Assembly: GCA_011364905.1 (NCBI GenBank)
Contig: RDNZ01000010.1
Location: forward strand, 52,129-77,065
Direction: 5' to 3'
Source of the DNA: Candidatus Thorarchaeota archaeon
GTDB taxonomy: Archaea > Asgardarchaeota > Thorarchaeia > Thorarchaeales > Thorarchaeaceae
DNA: 24,937 nt
The notes below the pieces were generated by a model. That model made no database searches. It had not been told where the DNA came from and was given only the letters and a program-made list of their open reading frames with translations. Each line of letters begins with the position of its first letter. The first letter of the stretch is position 1. Below are positions 8,034-17,306 of the stretch, piece after piece. Made by a program: the position numbers and the translations under genes.

Positions 8034-8906
8034 TTGATGCTCGATTATCATATCCACCCAAACTTCTCGATTGACGCAGATGGAGAGATGGAGGAGTTCT
8101 GCCAAGCAGCACTAGATGCAGGTCTCAAAGAGATTGCATTCACAACCCATCTTGACACCGATAGGGTAGCAGAGGAATGTTATGTCAATGTCAGAGGTCA
8201 GAGGGTGGATATAAGTTCGAGTAAATGGTTCGAAGAATATGAAATAAGCGTCAGATTGCTTGAAGATCGCTATCGGGACCAAAACCTAAGAGTCTTGCTT
8301 GGGGTTGAATTGGACTGCTATCCACATGTTGAGGATGCCCTTCCTGAGAGGTTTTATTCAACTGACTTCGACCTCATCATTGGTTCAGTTCATTTAATTG
8401 ACCACATAGCCATCTCTGCGCATGGGAGAGCCGAAGAGGCATTTCGTAAGTACTCAATCGATGCGCTGGGTGAGAAGTATTACTCTATACTCATGGATTC
8501 AATCGACCTTGAGATCTTTGATGTCTTGGCACATATCGACCTTTATCGTCGTTATGGCGAGTTATACTATGGTGAATCCATCCACGACCTGTGGCAGCCC
8601 TATCTGAATGAGTTGGCAAAGAAGATGTTATCAAAGGGTGTAGGATTTGAGGTCAACACATCATCGTTGAGAAGGGGGATGCAACAACCGATGCCAGAAG
8701 AACGCATCATTCGTGCCTTGAAGAATGAGGGTATTGAGCTGGCAACAGTAGGGTCGGATGCTCATAGTCCTCACGATGTTGGCAAAGGAATTGATAAGGC
8801 ACTTGACTTGCTGAAGTCTTCCGGATTCTCAGGACCCTCTATCTTCCGAAGACGAAAGGCGACAATCACCCAGTGGTCGAATCTAGTTAAGGAGAAACAG
8901 AATTAA
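8034..8906 (+). CDS. PHP-domain phosphatase, histidinol-phosphatase HisJ/HisK family
   Basis: Metal-ligand motifs DYHIH, FTTH, GVE, GSVH, LAHID, EVNTS and GSDAH. GGAGG RBS at 8025-8029; start is TTG 8034 or ATG 8037. Confidence 0.85.
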   Translation: MMLDYHIHPNFSIDADGEMEEFCQAALDAGLKEIAFTTHLDTDRVAEECYVNVRGQRVDISSSKWFEEYEISVRLLEDRYRDQNLRVLLGVELDCYPHVEDALPERFYSTDFDLIIGSVHLIDHIAISAHGRAEEAFRKYSIDALGEKYYSILMDSIDLEIFDVLAHIDLYRRYGELYYGESIHDLWQPYLNELAKKMLSKGVGFEVNTSSLRRGMQQPMPEERIIRALKNEGIELATVGSDAHSPHDVGKGIDKALDLLKSSGFSGPSIFRRRKATITQWSNLVKEKQN

Positions 8907-8938
8907 ACTCGTGCTACCCCATTATTGCCGGTGATACT

Positions 8939-9361
8939 TTGAAGAACGGGCTTTCTGTTGCATTAGCACTTATTGGCGGAGTATTGCTCTTCCAAGTGGG
9001 CTGGGTTGGAAATATCGGATTCATTGCCGATATTGCTGTCTATGCAGAAACATACTTTCCAGCAGCATCTGAAATCATCACATTAATCCTCACTATTCTG
9101 CTCTACATTGCCTCATTGGGAGGTATAGCAGTTATAATTGGTGGATTGCTTATCGCAGTGAGTCGAATTCGACCAGCCAAGTTTGTGATTGGTCTAGGTG
9201 CTGGTGTAGGACTCATTGGGCTCATTATCATGTTAGTAGAAGCATATCTGGCTGGTGGAGTTGCTGCACTCATGGAAATACTTACGCTGATTTCGCAGTC
9301 TATTGCATGGATAGGAGTCATCCTCTCAATAGTAGCACGAAATAGAGCTAAGTCCGATTAA
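8939..9361 (+). CDS. Hypothetical membrane protein, about 4 TM, with an apparent internal duplication
   Basis: Almost entirely hydrophobic 140 aa, with a GGTGA RBS before the TTG start. Confidence 0.75.
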   Translation: MKNGLSVALALIGGVLLFQVGWVGNIGFIADIAVYAETYFPAASEIITLILTILLYIASLGGIAVIIGGLLIAVSRIRPAKFVIGLGAGVGLIGLIIMLVEAYLAGGVAALMEILTLISQSIAWIGVILSIVARNRAKSD

Positions 9362-9403
9362 GTCCGCGACGGAATCCTTATTCATACTGGGATATCAAGA
9401 AGC

Positions 9404-10057
9404 TTGGTAACTGTGTCAGAGAAGAACACTAGCAAGCTCCAAGATGCACTCAAACTCCTAGAGGAGGGACTAGTTGAGAAGGCAATAGAGATCTTGAAGG
9501 AGTTGGTGAAAGAAGAACCAGACCTTATAGAGGGATGGTACAATCTAGGTTATGCCTTAGCAGAGAATGAAGAGTATGAAGAGGCTGTCAAAGCGTATGA
9601 TGAAGCTCTGGCAATTGATAATTTCATCTTTGAAATTTGGTACAATAAAGGGGCAGCGCTCTATGCTATGAGGGATTTTGAGGGAGCAAGAGATTGCTAT
9701 GAGGAAGCATTGGAGATCAATCCCGATGACGCAGAGGCATGGAATAATCTGGGAAACTGTCACTCACGACTTGCGGATGGAGAAGCGGCTATTGAGGCAT
9801 ACACTCGTGCCGTAGCTCTCAGACCGGATTATGCGGAGGCATTCTACAACAAGGCAAATGCGCACTTCATAGAGGAACAAGACGATAGGGCCATAGCATA
9901 CGCTGAACTTGCAATCAAGTTGAATCCCGAGCTTGAGAAGATGGTGAATCAGTGGATAAATGTTGCAAGAAACAGACTGGCGTCCAAAAGAGATGATGCA
10001 GAACACAAGAGAAGACAAATGGAAAAGAGTGGTTCTGATAAACCCCGAAACCATTGA
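9404..10057 (+). CDS. Tetratricopeptide repeat (TPR) protein
   Basis: 34-aa periodic units WYNLGYAL, WYNKGAAL, WNNLGNCH and FYNKANAH with 'AL.I.P' turns. The start may be GTG 9413. Confidence 0.9.
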   Translation: MVTVSEKNTSKLQDALKLLEEGLVEKAIEILKELVKEEPDLIEGWYNLGYALAENEEYEEAVKAYDEALAIDNFIFEIWYNKGAALYAMRDFEGARDCYEEALEINPDDAEAWNNLGNCHSRLADGEAAIEAYTRAVALRPDYAEAFYNKANAHFIEEQDDRAIAYAELAIKLNPELEKMVNQWINVARNRLASKRDDAEHKRRQMEKSGSDKPRNH

Positions 10058-10100
10058 TTGATTCGCCAGACCTAAAAGGAATCCGTTAGCCTTTCAACCC

Positions 10101-10643
10101 ATGATGTCTCAAGTGCCCGATGAAGAAGATGGCATAAGTATGTTGCCACCAAAAACTGTGAGTATAGCAGTTGTCGTCATCTTCATTGGTGGAATCATCC
10201 TATCACTTCTTGCTGGACAGGGATACATACCAGTCGACCCGGCTATGACATTTGGATTATCAATGATGGCGATTGTTGTTCTTGTTTGTTGTAGCGCGAC
10301 CATGATGGTTTCCCACTATTCCCAGAGAATGCCAGAATACAGCGAGATGGAGGCCAGATTTGAAGAGGCAAAGTCGCGATTCGACAACGAAGAATATGAA
10401 CCAGCCCTCGAGATCTTCAAGGGATTGGCAGGTCCCAGGATGAATCACAAGAGAGCGTTATACTATGGAGCACGTTGCTATGAGGAACTTGGTGATTGGG
10501 AGAACATGAAGGTCTTCTGCAAAGCATATCTTAAGCTGAAACCAAAAGACAAAGAGGTCTGGGAGATGCTCAATCGAGCCCACAAGAAGCTCTTCGAGTA
10601 TGAGGAAGCAGAGGAGGCTTTTGAAAGAGCAAGTAAACTCTAA
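10101..10643 (+). CDS. Membrane-anchored TPR protein (2 TM plus 2-3 TPR-like units)
   Basis: Two N-terminal hydrophobic helices, then ALYYGARCYEELGDWE and YLKLKPKDKEVWEML..AHKKLFEYEEAEEAFERA. Confidence 0.75.
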   Translation: MMSQVPDEEDGISMLPPKTVSIAVVVIFIGGIILSLLAGQGYIPVDPAMTFGLSMMAIVVLVCCSATMMVSHYSQRMPEYSEMEARFEEAKSRFDNEEYEPALEIFKGLAGPRMNHKRALYYGARCYEELGDWENMKVFCKAYLKLKPKDKEVWEMLNRAHKKLFEYEEAEEAFERASKL

Positions 10644-10721
10644 GTGTGATACATACTCCGCCCAGCAAATAACAATAAGAGTATTAGATATCTCTCAACC
10701 CACATTATTGGAGGCGAACCA

Positions 10722-13016
10722 TTGCCTGAGCAATTTGAGACATGCACCTTAGATGTTGGAGAAGACATCATTCGTCTCAGCAATGGTGTAGTTACTGTTT
10801 GGTTCAATACCTTAGTTGGCACTTTTGACCTCACATCTGCAGACCTAGCTACCTCCTATTTCTCCCGGGCGTATGCACGAGTCGTTACGACTGAGCATAC
10901 TTATGACTCTAGAACCATGACTTACCGAGAAGTGACATCACTCGATTTTAATGACATGAGAGGAAAAGGAAAGGTTGTTGTCATACGACTACAAGACCCA
11001 GAGAAACATGTAGAAATGAATGTACGTTTGAGTCTGGCATTAGGGGACTTAGGGTACTATTGTATTGTCCAATTGAGAAATCTGGGGGATGAACTCACTA
11101 TTGAGGTACTCAATCCATTCGTCATTGATGTGGACAATAATGACCGCATTCAAACTGGATGGAAAGGAGAGACCCTTAGGTATTTTAAAAATGGGTTTCA
11201 TTCTTGGGAATTGAGTCAGACTCTCCCACTGGCGCCTAGGGAAAATCTGAGTCACACTTACTCGGTACTCAATTGTATTGACCGCAATCTAGCACTCATA
11301 CTCGGTTTTGTGACCTTAGCTGATCAGTTCACGACACTCTCTTTTTGGAAGGACTTAGAAGAGGATAGACTCACACAGGTCGTGGCTTCGTCACAAGCAG
11401 ACTTCGTGTCACTAAAGGAGAAAGGGTCTATTGCATCTGAGGAACTCTTCATCCTTGTGGATACGGATCCCAGGGAGGGCCTCATTCAATATGTTCGATC
11501 TGTGTCTCAGAAGATGGGGGCACGGGTTGGAATGCCTCCCGTAGGTTGGAGTAGCTGGCCTTACTACTTCAATAGACCTGATGAAAAAGCGATTCTAGAA
11601 AATGCTAAGCTCATCAACCAGCATTTCTCTGAGGATATTAGATGGATTCAACTTGATGATGGATACCAAAGAGCTGTAGGGGATTGGGAAACAAACCCCA
11701 GGTTCCAGAACGGCCTCAAGAATTTAGTGGAGAAGATAAAATCCCTTGGTTTCAAAGCTGGAATCTGGGTCGCTCCCTTTATTGCATCCCAACACTCAAA
11801 GCTATTTCAGGAGCAACCTGATTGGTTTGTAAAAGGAGAAGACTCCAAACCTCTCGTGGTCGGAGAGAACCCACTGTGGCTTGGAGAATTCTATGCCTTG
11901 GATCTCACGAATCCGCATGTAATCAGTCACGTTAGAGACCTATTTACTGAGTTCGTGGAGATGGGTTTTGAATACTTTAAGATTGATTTTCTCCATCATG
12001 CCACAATTGCTGGAAAAAGACATGATGAAAGCATTACCCGCTGTATGGCATTTAGAAGAGGATTGAAGGAAGTACGAGAAGCTGTTGGTGAATCCTATAT
12101 CTTGGCGTGTGGTGCACCTCTTGGACCTGCCATAGGACTTGTTGATGGGATGCGGATAGGAACAGACATTGGTGCAGTATGGAGATATGATTGGGGAGGA
12201 GGTGTTTATGAGTGCTCAATAAACACGCTTTCTCGTTCAGTGCTGCACAATCATTGGTGGCTAAATGATCCAGATTGTATTATTGTAAGACAAGATGACA
12301 CTGAACTCACAATTGACGAAGTGGTACTTTGGGCCACCGTGGTTGCTCTGAGTGGAGGAGCCCAAATGATGGGTGATAATCTGAGTGAAGTTTCAGATGC
12401 ACGTCTTGCAATTCTGAACAAAGTTATGCCACCATTCAAAGAGGGTGCTATAGCTGCTGATTATCTCATGAAGTCGGAACCCCGCCTATTCGTGTTACCA
12501 ATAGAGTCGCCGCTCGGTGAATGGACTGTGGTCGGAGTCGTAAACATTGGAGAGCGAGATATCGATGTGGACATTCCTTTTGATGAGATTGGACTTAGCG
12601 ATGGAATACCACACCATGTCTTTGAATTCTGGTCCGAGCAGTATGAAGGACTCTACGAAGATCTCTACACAGTGAGGAATTTGAGCCCCCATATGGGAGA
12701 GCTCCTGTGCTTTAGACCAGAATCGCAAGTTCCAGCAGTACTCTCTACTAGTATGCATTACACTCAAGGAGCAGTAGAAATCGTTGACCAGATCTGGGAT
12801 GAAAGGAACTTTGAGCTTAGTATCACTGTAAAGAAGACCGTAAAGAGGCCTGAAGCAGTGTTTTTTTCAGTCAGCAATGAGTTTGTACCCGAGTCCGCGC
12901 TCATTGAAGATGAACCAATCGAACTAGAGTCCATTGCTCCAGAGGTCGTAGCAGTGAGATATCAGTTTGCCAGAGGGCAAACTATTCGCATAAAGTTCCG
13001 ACAACTCACTGAGTGA
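10722..13016 (+). CDS. Glycoside hydrolase family 36 (alpha-galactosidase-like)
   Basis: Motifs GWSSW, IQLDDGYQ, GIWVAPF, LDLTNP, YFKIDF (nucleophile Asp), RIGTD (acid/base Asp) and WLNDPD. GGAGG RBS before the TTG start; no signal peptide. Confidence 0.9.
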   Translation: MPEQFETCTLDVGEDIIRLSNGVVTVWFNTLVGTFDLTSADLATSYFSRAYARVVTTEHTYDSRTMTYREVTSLDFNDMRGKGKVVVIRLQDPEKHVEMNVRLSLALGDLGYYCIVQLRNLGDELTIEVLNPFVIDVDNNDRIQTGWKGETLRYFKNGFHSWELSQTLPLAPRENLSHTYSVLNCIDRNLALILGFVTLADQFTTLSFWKDLEEDRLTQVVASSQADFVSLKEKGSIASEELFILVDTDPREGLIQYVRSVSQKMGARVGMPPVGWSSWPYYFNRPDEKAILENAKLINQHFSEDIRWIQLDDGYQRAVGDWETNPRFQNGLKNLVEKIKSLGFKAGIWVAPFIASQHSKLFQEQPDWFVKGEDSKPLVVGENPLWLGEFYALDLTNPHVISHVRDLFTEFVEMGFEYFKIDFLHHATIAGKRHDESITRCMAFRRGLKEVREAVGESYILACGAPLGPAIGLVDGMRIGTDIGAVWRYDWGGGVYECSINTLSRSVLHNHWWLNDPDCIIVRQDDTELTIDEVVLWATVVALSGGAQMMGDNLSEVSDARLAILNKVMPPFKEGAIAADYLMKSEPRLFVLPIESPLGEWTVVGVVNIGERDIDVDIPFDEIGLSDGIPHHVFEFWSEQYEGLYEDLYTVRNLSPHMGELLCFRPESQVPAVLSTSMHYTQGAVEIVDQIWDERNFELSITVKKTVKRPEAVFFSVSNEFVPESALIEDEPIELESIAPEVVAVRYQFARGQTIRIKFRQLTE

Positions 13017-13911
13017 CCTTGTTACGCAAGTAACCGATTTTTTCGATGTACAACTCCAACCGATCACCCGCTTTCAAGAATTCAGGAGGCTCTCTCACAA
13101 AGCCTACACCAGAAGGCGTACCTGTTGCAATCACATCGCCCGGTTCGAGAGTAAAGGACTTGGATAGGAATGAAACAATCTTGCGAACATTGAAAATCAT
13201 CTCGGAGGTGGTCGACTCCTGCTTCAAAACTCCGTTCACTTTTGTATGCATCTTCAGCTTTGATGCATCGCCAAGCTCATCCTGGGTCACAATGCATGGA
13301 CCCATAGGGCAGAATCCATCCAGTGATTTTGCACGGACCCACTGACCATCGTTCTTTTGGAGGTCACGCGCGGAAACATCATTGATCACGGTGTAGCCTG
13401 CAACATACTCTAGCGACTTTTTCTCACTGACGTCCCTACAGCTCTTTCCAATGACTATGCCAAGCTCAACCTCCCAATCAATCATCGATGATACCTCTGG
13501 AATGCGGATGTGGTCATCAGGGCCTATCACGCTGGAGGGAAACTTGGCGAAAACCACTGGAAACTTAGGAACATCGGAACCTGTTTCCTCAACATGGTTC
13601 AGATAGTTCTTTCCCAGAGCTACGATTTTTCCGGGACGTGAAATGGGAGGTTCAAGAGTTATAGAACTAAGGGGGCGGGTCATGATTCGTCCACTCTTAG
13701 GAGTCTTCATGTACCGTTGAACAATCTGGCGAACCACATCAATCCCAGATTCCCACTGTAAAAGATCCATCATGGTAGTAGGAAAACTGTGGCCTCTCAC
13801 GTGATACTTTCTGCCAAAGTGAGAAGCAGCATCTGGGATGTCAAGGACTCCTGATTCAAGTTCTACGCCGATTGAAGGCACTCCCATCCTTGCATATGTG
13901 ACAAGTCGCAT
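13006..13911 (-). CDS. Fumarylacetoacetate hydrolase (FAH) family protein
   Basis: Motifs KIVALGKNY..H, FAKFPSS, DWEVEL, NDVSARDLQ, W.RAKS.D.FCPMGP and GDVIATGTPSGVG. Its 3' end overlaps the GH36 gene's 3' end by 11 nt. Confidence 0.93.
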   Translation of the reverse strand: MRLVTYARMGVPSIGVELESGVLDIPDAASHFGRKYHVRGHSFPTTMMDLLQWESGIDVVRQIVQRYMKTPKSGRIMTRPLSSITLEPPISRPGKIVALGKNYLNHVEETGSDVPKFPVVFAKFPSSVIGPDDHIRIPEVSSMIDWEVELGIVIGKSCRDVSEKKSLEYVAGYTVINDVSARDLQKNDGQWVRAKSLDGFCPMGPCIVTQDELGDASKLKMHTKVNGVLKQESTTSEMIFNVRKIVSFLSKSFTLEPGDVIATGTPSGVGFVREPPEFLKAGDRLELYIEKIGYLRNKVTQ

Positions 13912-13975
13912 AGAGATTTGTGAACAACCATCTCATTTATCCGTAATGGTACATAGGTCGATTGTGGTGAAAAGT

Positions 13976-14302
13976 ATGGCAGATGACCGATCACTGCAAG
14001 AGCTGCCAGACAGAGTATATGTTGCCCTAGGGAGAAGAGGAATGGAGCCTCTACCACTGAAGGAGTGCACTTACGATTGTGACGGAAAAGAACTGAAACT
14101 CATCAAGCCTCCAAACAATCAGAAGATTCCCGAGAAGGGTAGTGTCGAAGTTGATGAGGATTGGTTGGTTGAGTGTGAAAAGTGTAGTCGACATTTTACA
14201 ATTCGATGCAAAATACACTATCTTGATGGAGAGAAACTTGAAACAAGAGTCAACATCATAGATGATAGTGGTAAGGACTTAGGCTGGCTAGGGAGTTACT
14301 AG
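13976..14302 (+). CDS. Small hypothetical protein, probable Zn-binding (C-x3-C ... C-x2-C)
   Basis: ATG 13976 follows GGTGA (13966-13970); the longer ORF from 13838 overlaps the FAH gene. Contains CTYDC and CEKC. The stop abuts the next gene's GGTGA RBS. Confidence 0.75.
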   Translation: MADDRSLQELPDRVYVALGRRGMEPLPLKECTYDCDGKELKLIKPPNNQKIPEKGSVEVDEDWLVECEKCSRHFTIRCKIHYLDGEKLETRVNIIDDSGKDLGWLGSY

Positions 14303-14312
14303 GTGATCAGTT

Positions 14313-15455
14313 TTGGCTCGTAAGTACAAGATTGCATTGCTGCCTGGGGATGGGATAGGCAGGGAGGTTATCTCAGAGGCCAGAAGGGTACTAGATGAAG
14401 TGATCACTTGGATAGATGGACTTGAAATGGAAATCCATGAGTTTGATTGCGGCGGGGAGTACTTTCTCAGGACCAACCGAGAATGGTCAGAAGAGGCTGA
14501 GGATTTCACAAAGACTGAGGCGGATGCCGTTTTATTCGGTGGAATTGGAGCGATAGGTCCAGATGGCAAGACTGTCAGACGACCTGACGGAAATCTTGCG
14601 GGCTACAGCGTGGTCATTGGACTAAGACACGAGCTTGACCTCTATGCCAATGTAAGACCTGTGAAGCTGTTTGAAGGTGTACCAACACCGCTAGTTTCGA
14701 AAGGACCAAAGGATATTGACATGGTGGTTGTTCGAGAAAACACAGAGGGCCTTTACTATCCCGCACGCGGACGAGTCAAGGAGTCAGACCGGGATTTCGC
14801 ATATGACTTGAGGATAATCACTACTCGCGGCTCAGAGAGAATTGCCAGATATGCATTCGACCTAGCCATGACCAGAAACGGTGCACCAGTTGATGGAAGA
14901 AGACGCGTGACCTGTGTCGACAAAAGCAATCTCCTTGCTGGTTGCCAGCTTTTCAGAGAGACTTTCACTAGAGTTGGAGAGGAGTATAAAGAAACTTCAA
15001 AGGATTATGCCTATGTCGATGCTTGGACATTGTTAGCAATCAGGAAACCTGAGTACTATGATGTGGTTGTTGCTCCAAATGAGTTTGGAGACATAATAAG
15101 CGATTTAGGAGCAGCCCTTCAGGGCGGACTAGGTGTGGCACCTTCGGGGAACATCGGTGTTAAGCATGCAGTCTTTGAACCGGTACATGGATCTGCACCA
15201 GATATTGCAGGAACCGGAAAGGCGAATCCCATTGCGGCCATACTATCGATGGCAATGATGTTTGAATGGTTGGGCAAGAATCACGATGATGCTGTTTCGA
15301 TAAGGACAGCGGAGAAAATCAGGAACTCAGTCGAATTAGTGCTTCACGAAGGGAGAATTCGAACACCGGACCTCTGCCTTGGAGAGTGGTCCGGTGTAGT
15401 ACCTTCAACGACCCAACAAGTGACTGATGAAGTAATTCGAAAGATGAAGGGGTGA
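14313..15455 (+). CDS. leuB: Beta-decarboxylating dehydrogenase (3-isopropylmalate/homoisocitrate/tartrate-D-malate family)
   Basis: Motifs LPGDGIGREV, LR..LDLYANVRP, VRENTEGLY, VDKSN, N.FGDIISD, FEPVHGSAPDIAG and ANPIAAILS. The symbol is family-level only; substrate is not established. Confidence 0.88.
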   Translation: MARKYKIALLPGDGIGREVISEARRVLDEVITWIDGLEMEIHEFDCGGEYFLRTNREWSEEAEDFTKTEADAVLFGGIGAIGPDGKTVRRPDGNLAGYSVVIGLRHELDLYANVRPVKLFEGVPTPLVSKGPKDIDMVVVRENTEGLYYPARGRVKESDRDFAYDLRIITTRGSERIARYAFDLAMTRNGAPVDGRRRVTCVDKSNLLAGCQLFRETFTRVGEEYKETSKDYAYVDAWTLLAIRKPEYYDVVVAPNEFGDIISDLGAALQGGLGVAPSGNIGVKHAVFEPVHGSAPDIAGTGKANPIAAILSMAMMFEWLGKNHDDAVSIRTAEKIRNSVELVLHEGRIRTPDLCLGEWSGVVPSTTQQVTDEVIRKMKG

Positions 15456-15459
15456 CCTC

Positions 15460-16725
15460 ATGGGACAGACTATAGCAGAGAAGATACTAGCGAGTCATAC
15501 TGAAGATGGAAAAGCTAGTGCAGGAGAAATCATTGAAGCCAGAGTCGATCTATTGATGGTACACGAGGTGTTGGGGTCAAGAATTCTGCCAATCCTTGAC
15601 GAGATGGGATTCAAGAAGGTCTGGAACCCAAACCGGGTGCTTGTAGTAAATGATCATTGGGCTCCCGCATCCGATATTAATAGTGCCGAAATTCACAGGA
15701 GAAACAGAAACTTCGTGAAAGAACAGGGAATCACTAATTTCTGCGATGTGGACTGTGGAATATCCCATCAAGTTCTCCCGGAGATGGGTTTGGTTGTCCC
15801 AGGAGCAACCATCATTGGAAGTGACTCCCACTCCACAACTTATGGTGCCTTCAACGCTTTCTCAACAGGACTTGCAGCAACTGATTCAGCATTGATACTA
15901 GCCACAGGAGTATGCTGGTTCAGAGTTCCTGAATCACTGAGGATTGAAATCTCGGGTGAGCTAGGTGAGCGAGTGATGAGTAAAGACCTGATATTGAAAA
16001 TCATAAACCAACTAGGCCCAGATGGAGCGAACTATCAATCTATGGAGTTTCATGGACCCACTATCGATGCCATGAGTGTAGGAGAACGAATGACCATGTG
16101 CAACATGACTGTTGAGGCTGGAGCCAAGTGCGCGCCAATGCCAATCAATCAGGATGTGAGGTTTTGGATGGAGGACTTTGCACCAAAGAAAAAATGGAAG
16201 GAGGTCACAAACGACTCGGATGCGGAATATGTCGACACCCTCCAGTTTGATCTTAATGAGGACCCCCTTGAACCTACAGTTGCCCCACCAGAACTTCCAA
16301 CCAATGGAAAACCAGTTGCAGAGGTCGAAGGAGTCCCAATCGATCAAGCATTCATCGGTTCATGCACCAATGGTCGAATTGGAGATTTAATCATAGCAGC
16401 TGAAATACTGAAAGGCAGAAAAATCCACAAAGGCGTTCGTCTAATAGTCACCCCAGCGAGTAAAGCGACATACATGGAGGCTCTAGAGCGAGGCATCATT
16501 AAGATACTTATGGAATCTGGAGGCATCGTCACCAACTCCACGTGCGGCGCATGTGTGGGGGGACATCTTGGTGTTCTGGGACCAGGTGATGTTTGTATAT
16601 CAAGCACGAATCGAAACTTCAGGGGAAGGATGGGACATCAAGACTCCAGAATCTACCTTGCCTCTCCTGCGACCGTGGCTGCTAGTGCATTGAAGGGTGT
16701 AATCACAGACCCACGGAGTGTGTGA
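15460..16725 (+). CDS. leuC: 3-isopropylmalate dehydratase/homoaconitase large subunit (archaeal-type LeuC/HacA)
   Basis: Motifs MGQTIAEKIL, DH, GISHQV, GSDSHSTTYGA and CNMTVEAGAK; [4Fe-4S] cysteines in GSCTNGR and CGACVG; SSTNRNF.GRMG and YLASP. The symbol is family-level only. Confidence 0.92.
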   Translation: MGQTIAEKILASHTEDGKASAGEIIEARVDLLMVHEVLGSRILPILDEMGFKKVWNPNRVLVVNDHWAPASDINSAEIHRRNRNFVKEQGITNFCDVDCGISHQVLPEMGLVVPGATIIGSDSHSTTYGAFNAFSTGLAATDSALILATGVCWFRVPESLRIEISGELGERVMSKDLILKIINQLGPDGANYQSMEFHGPTIDAMSVGERMTMCNMTVEAGAKCAPMPINQDVRFWMEDFAPKKKWKEVTNDSDAEYVDTLQFDLNEDPLEPTVAPPELPTNGKPVAEVEGVPIDQAFIGSCTNGRIGDLIIAAEILKGRKIHKGVRLIVTPASKATYMEALERGIIKILMESGGIVTNSTCGACVGGHLGVLGPGDVCISSTNRNFRGRMGHQDSRIYLASPATVAASALKGVITDPRSV

Positions 16726-16728
16726 GAA

Positions 16729-17244
16729 ATGGTGCAGCGTTTCAGCAATATTACAGGGAGAGCATGGGTCTTTGGGAACAACATCAACACGGATCAGATA
16801 ATTCAGGGGCAATACCTCAGACTCCTTGACTATAGCGAGATGGCAAAACATACCTTTGAAATACCAAGGCCACTGTTTGCATCTAGAGTGAAGAAAAACG
16901 ACATTGTAGTTGCGGGGCACAACTTTGGTGGTGGGTCGTCACGTGAAGAAGCGCCCAAGGTCCTTCTGCACAGTGGTGTGGGTTGTGTTGTTGCTGAATC
17001 ATTTGCAAGGATTTTCTATAGGAACTCCTTCAACATAGGCCTTCCACTTCTAATTGTGCAGAATGGTTCAAAGCTTGTGAAAGACGGAGAAACTGTCACT
17101 GTGAACCTTTTGGAAGGGACTCTGACGATTAAGGAGAAAGGAGATGTCATTCATGGGAAGCCTTTGCCTAATAGGATGTTGGAGATTCTGAAAGCGGGCG
17201 GAGCTGTCCCGTGGTACAAGCAGAGGGCTGGGCACAAGGGCTGA
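16729..17244 (+). CDS. leuD: 3-isopropylmalate dehydratase/homoaconitase small subunit (LeuD/HacB)
   Basis: Motifs GRAWVFGNNINTDQII, AG.NFG.GSSRE.A, AESFARIFYRN..N.GLP and ILKAGG. The substrate loop reads YLRL. The symbol is family-level only. Confidence 0.92.
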   Translation: MVQRFSNITGRAWVFGNNINTDQIIQGQYLRLLDYSEMAKHTFEIPRPLFASRVKKNDIVVAGHNFGGGSSREEAPKVLLHSGVGCVVAESFARIFYRNSFNIGLPLLIVQNGSKLVKDGETVTVNLLEGTLTIKEKGDVIHGKPLPNRMLEILKAGGAVPWYKQRAGHKG

Positions 17245-17306
17245 CTGAAAAACGCTAAAAGGCATCAGGCGCTGACACGCAGAAGACACCTTAGAGAGGT
17301 CACCCA

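Noticed and set aside
13838-13975. N-terminal extension of the 154-aa ORF
   Set aside because: It overlaps the FAH gene start on the opposite strand, and ATG 13976 has a clear GGTGA RBS.
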